Shown piece after piece: positions 59,239 through 64,000 of a stretch of 64,000 bases of DNA (positions are counted from its first letter, which is position 1; each line of letters begins with the position of its first letter). The stretch spans positions 82,024-146,023 of the forward strand of contig JBMHDU010000007.1 of assembly GCA_049889235.1 (NCBI GenBank), read 5' to 3'. Below the pieces are notes generated by a model, which was not told the origin of the DNA, ran no database searches, and saw only the letters and a list, made by a program, of their open reading frames with translations. This DNA comes from Polaribacter sp. (GTDB lineage Bacteria; Bacteroidota; Bacteroidia; Flavobacteriales; Flavobacteriaceae). Position numbers and translations under genes: made by a program.

Positions 59239-61682
59239 TCCATCGATTGTTTTTGCATACGTTCAATTCGTTTTCCGAGCTCCTCATTTGTCAATAATCC
59301 ACGTAGACTATCAACTTTTAGTGGAAAGCTCAATGGGGTAAATCCTTTTGCCTTTTTTAAGATGATTTTCGATGATGAGATTCGTTCGAAAGCTTCCTGT
59401 AATCTGGCCGATTCCAACTCATAATCGAATACTTCATTGTAGGCCTGTCGCAACAATAAATTTTGAGGTTCATAATCGGATAACACACGAAATATCAGAC
59501 TTGAAGAAGACTGTAAACTTTTATGGGTTTTTCTCGCCCCAGGTTGCGATTGCACCACTAGGCCAGCAATTTGAGCAATATCTCTAAACTTTCTTGAAGC
59601 CATTTCACTCGCATTGATACTGGCCGTGACATCTTCGATTAGGTTTTCTTTGGATAAGATTTGCTGCACATTTTCTTCGTTTAGCGGAATAAATTGATCA
59701 CTTAACAATTCAAATCCGTAATCGTTCATTGCGATTGCAAACGTCAATGGGGTAATCTGTGCCAATCGATAAGCCACTAAGGAAGCCATGATTTCATTGA
59801 CTAATCGTCCTTCGAATGGATACATAAAAATGTGATAGCCTTCCTTGGTTTTAATCAACTCAATCAAAAATTCATCAATGGTGGGAATGTGTGAATTTGA
59901 TTCCTGATTTTTCAATAATGGATGTAAAAACTTCAATTCGCGTTCCCTTCCAGTTGCCCTAATAGCATCGCTCAATTTCATCCGTAGAAAATGACTTAAT
60001 TGGGATGATAAGGGTAATCTTCCGCCATTCCAACTTGGAGTTATCGCTTTTTTCTTAGTGCTATTTTTAACAATGATTGTCATGTCTTTGACATACAAAA
60101 TCTCTAAGACGCGACCACTTAATGTGAAGGCGTCACCCTTTTTTAATTTAGAAACGAAGTATTCTTCGACCATACCCACATAGCCCCCTTTTTGGTATTT
60201 CACTGTTAGCATTACCTCGCTCACAATTACGCCAATATTCATTCGGTGCAACATAGAAATACGTCGACTTTTCACTTTATACATACCATCATCATCCAGA
60301 ATCACTTTGTGGAATTCTTCGTATGCGTTGAGTGTAGTTCCGCCCTGAGTAATAAAATGCAAACACCAATTAAACTCTTCGATAGTGAGTGGCTGAAATG
60401 CAAAAGTGGATTTTACCAATTGATAGGCATCGTGCTTATCAAAACCTTCTCCGACAGCCAGCGTGACTAAGAATTGAACCAAAACATCAAAAGGCAAAAT
60501 CATTGGCAATCGTGCTTCTATTTCCTTTTGTTTGATGGCTTCTTTTACGGCTGCAATTTCAATTAATTGGAGTGAATGAGTCGGTACAAAATAGATTTTG
60601 GAAATTTCAAACGGAGAATGACCGCTGCGGCCTGCGCGTTGCATGAATCTAGCGATTCCTTTAGAAGATCCTATTTGAATCACACAGTCGACAGGTTTAA
60701 AATCCACACCTAAATCCAAAGAAGAAGTACAAATAACTGCCTTTAACAATCCATCTGCTAAAGCCTCTTCAATAAAGTTTCGTTGTACTTTAGCAATAGA
60801 ACCATGATGAATGGCAATTTGCCCTGCCAAATCAGGAGCTTCGTCCAAAATGATTTGATACCATAATTCACTTTGATTTCGTGTATTTGTAAAAATCAGA
60901 GTGCTGGTATTTTCGTATATGACGGGAATTATTTTTTCGCTCAATGATTTCCCTAAATGACCTGCCCATGAAAGTTCTTCCACCTCATCGGGAAGAATAG
61001 AGACCACTTTCAATTTTTTCTGTTCTTTGGCTCGAATCATGGTCGATTTGATATTCTCATCCGGAATCAAAACCGATTTTGCTTCTTCTAAATTTCCTAT
61101 GGTTGCAGAAATTCCCCAAACCGAAACCTTTTTCGCGATTTTAGAAATTCTGGCAATGGCCAATTGAGTAAGAACCCCTCTTTTGGAACCTAATAATTCG
61201 TGCCATTCATCAACGGCTATACATTGAACATTTTTAAACCATTTGGAATTATTTTTCTGAGAAAATAAGAGTTGTAGCGTCTCTGGTGTAGTGACTAAAA
61301 TATCAGGCATTAAACGCTCTTGACGTCTTCGATCTTTTTGTGCCGTATCTCCATTTCGAACCTCTGCCAACCAATCCAATCCAATTTCTTCCAAAGCTTC
61401 ATTCATCGCTTTGGTGATGTCTTTTGCTAAGGACCGAAGCGGACTTACCCAAATCAGTTTTAAACCTTTTTTAGATGCCGAAGGATTGTTTAAATGCTGA
61501 ATGATTATGGCTAAAAAAACAGAGAATGTCTTTCCAAATCCGGTCGGAGCAACTACCAATCCAGAATATCCATTAGCATATTTTTGCCATGTTTGCTCTT
61601 GAAAAACGAAGGGCTCCTGACCTTTGGATGCCATCCAGTTTTCAATAATTTGATATCCCTGTGATTGTTTAAAGTTTTTCAA
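59226..61682 (-). CDS. Ligase-associated DEXH-box helicase (Lhr-core type)
   Basis: 818 aa. Walker A APTGFGKT, motif II DEWH, a helicase C domain, and the long Lhr-like winged-helix/beta-barrel C-terminal region. Confidence 0.9.
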   Translation of the reverse strand: MKNFKQSQGYQIIENWMASKGQEPFVFQEQTWQKYANGYSGLVVAPTGFGKTFSVFLAIIIQHLNNPSASKKGLKLIWVSPLRSLAKDITKAMNEALEEIGLDWLAEVRNGDTAQKDRRRQERLMPDILVTTPETLQLLFSQKNNSKWFKNVQCIAVDEWHELLGSKRGVLTQLAIARISKIAKKVSVWGISATIGNLEEAKSVLIPDENIKSTMIRAKEQKKLKVVSILPDEVEELSWAGHLGKSLSEKIIPVIYENTSTLIFTNTRNQSELWYQIILDEAPDLAGQIAIHHGSIAKVQRNFIEEALADGLLKAVICTSSLDLGVDFKPVDCVIQIGSSKGIARFMQRAGRSGHSPFEISKIYFVPTHSLQLIEIAAVKEAIKQKEIEARLPMILPFDVLVQFLVTLAVGEGFDKHDAYQLVKSTFAFQPLTIEEFNWCLHFITQGGTTLNAYEEFHKVILDDDGMYKVKSRRISMLHRMNIGVIVSEVMLTVKYQKGGYVGMVEEYFVSKLKKGDAFTLSGRVLEILYVKDMTIIVKNSTKKKAITPSWNGGRLPLSSQLSHFLRMKLSDAIRATGRERELKFLHPLLKNQESNSHIPTIDEFLIELIKTKEGYHIFMYPFEGRLVNEIMASLVAYRLAQITPLTFAIAMNDYGFELLSDQFIPLNEENVQQILSKENLIEDVTASINASEMASRKFRDIAQIAGLVVQSQPGARKTHKSLQSSSSLIFRVLSDYEPQNLLLRQAYNEVFDYELESARLQEAFERISSSKIILKKAKGFTPLSFPLKVDSLRGLLTNEELGKRIERMQKQSMEWEA

Positions 61683-61755
61683 AAATTAGCTCTTGTTATG
61701 TTCTCGATACAATTCTGAATATCTTCAGAATCACTCGAACTGACATTCAATCTTT

Positions 61756-63339
61756 TTAATTATTTATTAAGGCCTTGACACTCTCGATGGTATCAATATC
61801 TTTTACTGTTTTGTCTCGACGCCATCTTTTTATTCGAGGAAAACGCAATGCCACTCCACTTTTATGTCGTTTACTAAACGCTATACCTTCGAAAGCAATT
61901 TCAAAAACAAGTTCTGGTTTTACAGTCCGAACTGGCCCAAACTTTTCAATTTCATTTTTGGTCACCCATCTCGAAATTTCTGTAATCTCTTTATCTGTTA
62001 ATCCGGAATATGCCTTCGCAACAGTTACCAATTTATCAGCATCTTTTACGGCGAAGGTGTAATCGGTATATTTTGAACTTCGTCTACCGCTCCCGCGCTG
62101 CGCATAAATCATGACCGCATCAATAGTTAACGGATCCACCTTCCATTTGAACCAATCTCCTTTTTTTCGACCCATATGATAGATGGAAGATTTGCGCTTC
62201 AGCATTAAACCTTCGCTATTAAAATTTCTTGCTTCTTCTCGAATCGAGTGTAAATTATGCCAAGAGTCGAATTCGATGATTTCAGATAATTTGATGGTCT
62301 CACTAGATCGATATTCAAAAACGATTTCAAGTTTTTCACGACGCATTTCCATGGATTGTTCAGTAAACGATTCACCTTCAAATTCAAGCAAATCATAGGC
62401 GAAAAATCCTACCGGAATTTCTTCCAGCATTTTCTTAGAAACATTCTTTCGATTCAGACGTTTTTGCAGGTCATTAAAGAGCAATACGCCTTCTTTTTTA
62501 ACGGCTAGAATTTCTCCGTCAACCACAAAATCATGTGGGAATTTTGAAAAATATTCGACCAACTCAGGAAACTGATTGGTCACCAATTCTTCTCCGCGAG
62601 ACCAGATAAAGATTTCATTATTTCGCTTGATTACTAATCCTCGAATTCCATCCCATTTGTATTCTACCTGCCATTCGTTGGGTGGTCCCAACTCTTCCAA
62701 ATCCTTATCTAAGGCATAGGCCAAGCAGAATGGATAGGGCTTTGAATTGTCATAATTGATATGGGATCCAGAAATTAAATCATCAAAAGAAGTATCATTC
62801 GGATGCCAGTTCCCAACCAAACTATGCATGATTCTATTCGGATCGCTATTGGCATATTTAGCCAAGGCGTTCACCAGCGTTTTCTTGGAAACGCCAATTC
62901 GAAAACTTCCTCCAATCAATTTGTTAAATAACAATCGCTGATAATCATCCAGAGATTTCCAGGCTTCCATGACATAGGCTTTTTTCTCCTCATCTGATTT
63001 GGGTTTTAGGGCGATTAATTCCTCCACCCAAAGATGCAGTGGTTTTTCTTTTTCCTGCCTCAGATGCGGCAGCACTAAGGCTAATGTTTCTCCTAAATCA
63101 CCTGTAGCACTGTAACTCTCCAAAAACAGCCACTGCGGAATGTTCGCCAATTCGATACACCATTCTCGCAAAAGAGTTGTTTTTACCGGTCTTGATGGTC
63201 TTTTCCCTGTGAATAGAGCGATCGCCCAAAGTTTATCTAAATCGGTTGCAGATTGAAAAAATGACACCAATGCCTCAATCTTTGCATTAGTCTTATTGGT
63301 CATTTCTATTTTTTGTAAGGTCTCTGCAAAATCTCTCAT
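61756..63339 (-). CDS. ATP-dependent DNA ligase (ligase-associated damage response type)
   Basis: 527 aa. Adenylation motif I EYKWDGIRG, an OB-fold C-terminus (LRFPRIKRWRRDK), and an N-terminal DNA-binding domain. Confidence 0.9.
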   Translation of the reverse strand: MRDFAETLQKIEMTNKTNAKIEALVSFFQSATDLDKLWAIALFTGKRPSRPVKTTLLREWCIELANIPQWLFLESYSATGDLGETLALVLPHLRQEKEKPLHLWVEELIALKPKSDEEKKAYVMEAWKSLDDYQRLLFNKLIGGSFRIGVSKKTLVNALAKYANSDPNRIMHSLVGNWHPNDTSFDDLISGSHINYDNSKPYPFCLAYALDKDLEELGPPNEWQVEYKWDGIRGLVIKRNNEIFIWSRGEELVTNQFPELVEYFSKFPHDFVVDGEILAVKKEGVLLFNDLQKRLNRKNVSKKMLEEIPVGFFAYDLLEFEGESFTEQSMEMRREKLEIVFEYRSSETIKLSEIIEFDSWHNLHSIREEARNFNSEGLMLKRKSSIYHMGRKKGDWFKWKVDPLTIDAVMIYAQRGSGRRSSKYTDYTFAVKDADKLVTVAKAYSGLTDKEITEISRWVTKNEIEKFGPVRTVKPELVFEIAFEGIAFSKRHKSGVALRFPRIKRWRRDKTVKDIDTIESVKALINN

Positions 63340-64000
63340 TCGGCTGCTATGGTTTCTTCAGATTTTGACAATTCTTCCTCACCATAAAGGGTATTGAATT
63401 CTTTAGCGTAAATCCCTTGCTCATTTAAATATTTAGACAATACAGCCTGATAGCCATGTGTTACATAGACTTTCTCTGCTTCTGTCTCTTTTATGGTTTG
63501 TAGCAATCCATCCCAATCGGCGTGATCACTAATTACAAATCCGGCATCGGCCCCTCTCCAACGTCGATTACCACGAATTTGCATCCAACCGGAGCAAATC
63601 GCAGTCGCAGCATTCGGAATTCGCTTTAGCATTCGGCTTCCCAAAAGAGCAGGTGGCAAAACCACAATATTATTTTGAACCTCTTTTTTATCAAAATCGG
63701 CAGTAATCAATGTTGACTCAGGCAAATCAATTCCAACCGAAGAAATTGCCGAATTCAATTTATCAATGGCTGAATGCACATAAATCGGCGCCACATTTTC
63801 GACTAATTTTAGAATTCGTTGTGCTTTCCCAAGGCTATATCCGAAAAAAACAGACGTTCGATTATTCTTTTGATTTTCTGCAATCCAATTGACTACTTCG
63901 TTTTGCAATTGCTCCTCCGATTTCCATTTATAAATGGGAAGACCAAAGGTACTTTCGGTAATCAATTCGTGACACTTCACTGGTTCAAAGGGCGTGGTTA
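63336..64000 (-). CDS. Ligase-associated beta-CASP/MBL-fold exonuclease (partial; N-terminus beyond window end)
   Basis: The frame is open through base 64000. C-terminal MBL/beta-CASP motifs (ITESTFG, ISDHADW, VTHG). There is a 4-nt ATGA overlap with the ligase gene. Confidence 0.85.
   Translation of the reverse strand, partial: TTPFEPVKCHELITESTFGLPIYKWKSEEQLQNEVVNWIAENQKNNRTSVFFGYSLGKAQRILKLVENVAPIYVHSAIDKLNSAISSVGIDLPESTLITADFDKKEVQNNIVVLPPALLGSRMLKRIPNAATAICSGWMQIRGNRRWRGADAGFVISDHADWDGLLQTIKETEAEKVYVTHGYQAVLSKYLNEQGIYAKEFNTLYGEEELSKSEETIAAE

Noticed and set aside
1-64000. Scanned for CRISPR arrays, tRNA/rRNA/tmRNA/RNase P-like sequences, transposases, integrases, toxin-antitoxin pairs and defence-system genes.
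   Set aside because: None recognised. The intergenic regions are short or AT-rich, without cloverleaf-like or repeat-spacer structure. The only mobile-element hint is the HU-related gene beside the symporter breakpoint.

Overview
The window looks like a low-GC chromosomal core segment from a Flavobacteriia-type (Bacteroidota) genome. This is inferred from gene content, the TAnnTTTG -7 promoter boxes and the alternative complex III plus cytochrome oxidase operon. Coding density is high and most ORFs are recognisable housekeeping genes. In order: rpsU, comM/yifB, a DASS transporter, ahcY, a PPTase, pnuC with a NadR-type kinase, arfB, a TPP riboswitch controlling a lone TonB-dependent receptor, a truncated sodium:solute symporter, an HU-like gene, a fabH-like gene, rpoD, queA and a GNAT gene. 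Next come a sulfur-handling module (HMA, rhodanese, MBL-rhodanese, SulP), ruvB, an ~11.3 kb actABCDEF-coxII-coxI respiratory operon, a SPOR protein and rimP-nusA-infB. The rest is a broken tandem-USP gene, ilvDBNCA plus a GapN-like aldehyde dehydrogenase, leuACDB, an unknown 517-aa helical protein, thrABC and a four-gene ligase-associated DNA damage response cassette running off the 3' end. I found no tRNA, rRNA, CRISPR array, transposase or integrase. I see no clearly novel multi-gene system. The most interesting signals are small and mostly regulatory: (1) a Thr/Ile-rich 15-codon leader ORF upstream of thrABC; (2) a TPP riboswitch whose P3 arm is an ~89-nt hairpin built of heptad tandem repeats; (3) four 21-22 bp phased direct repeats next to an HU-like gene at a probable rearrangement scar; (4) a terminator-like hairpin in the rimP-nusA-infB leader; (5) Leu-rich and Ile-rich mini-ORFs at the leu/ilv junction; (6) gene-decay events (USP, symporter, response-regulator remnant, GNAT without a canonical start). 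All family assignments rest on motif and sequence recognition by eye, with no database search.
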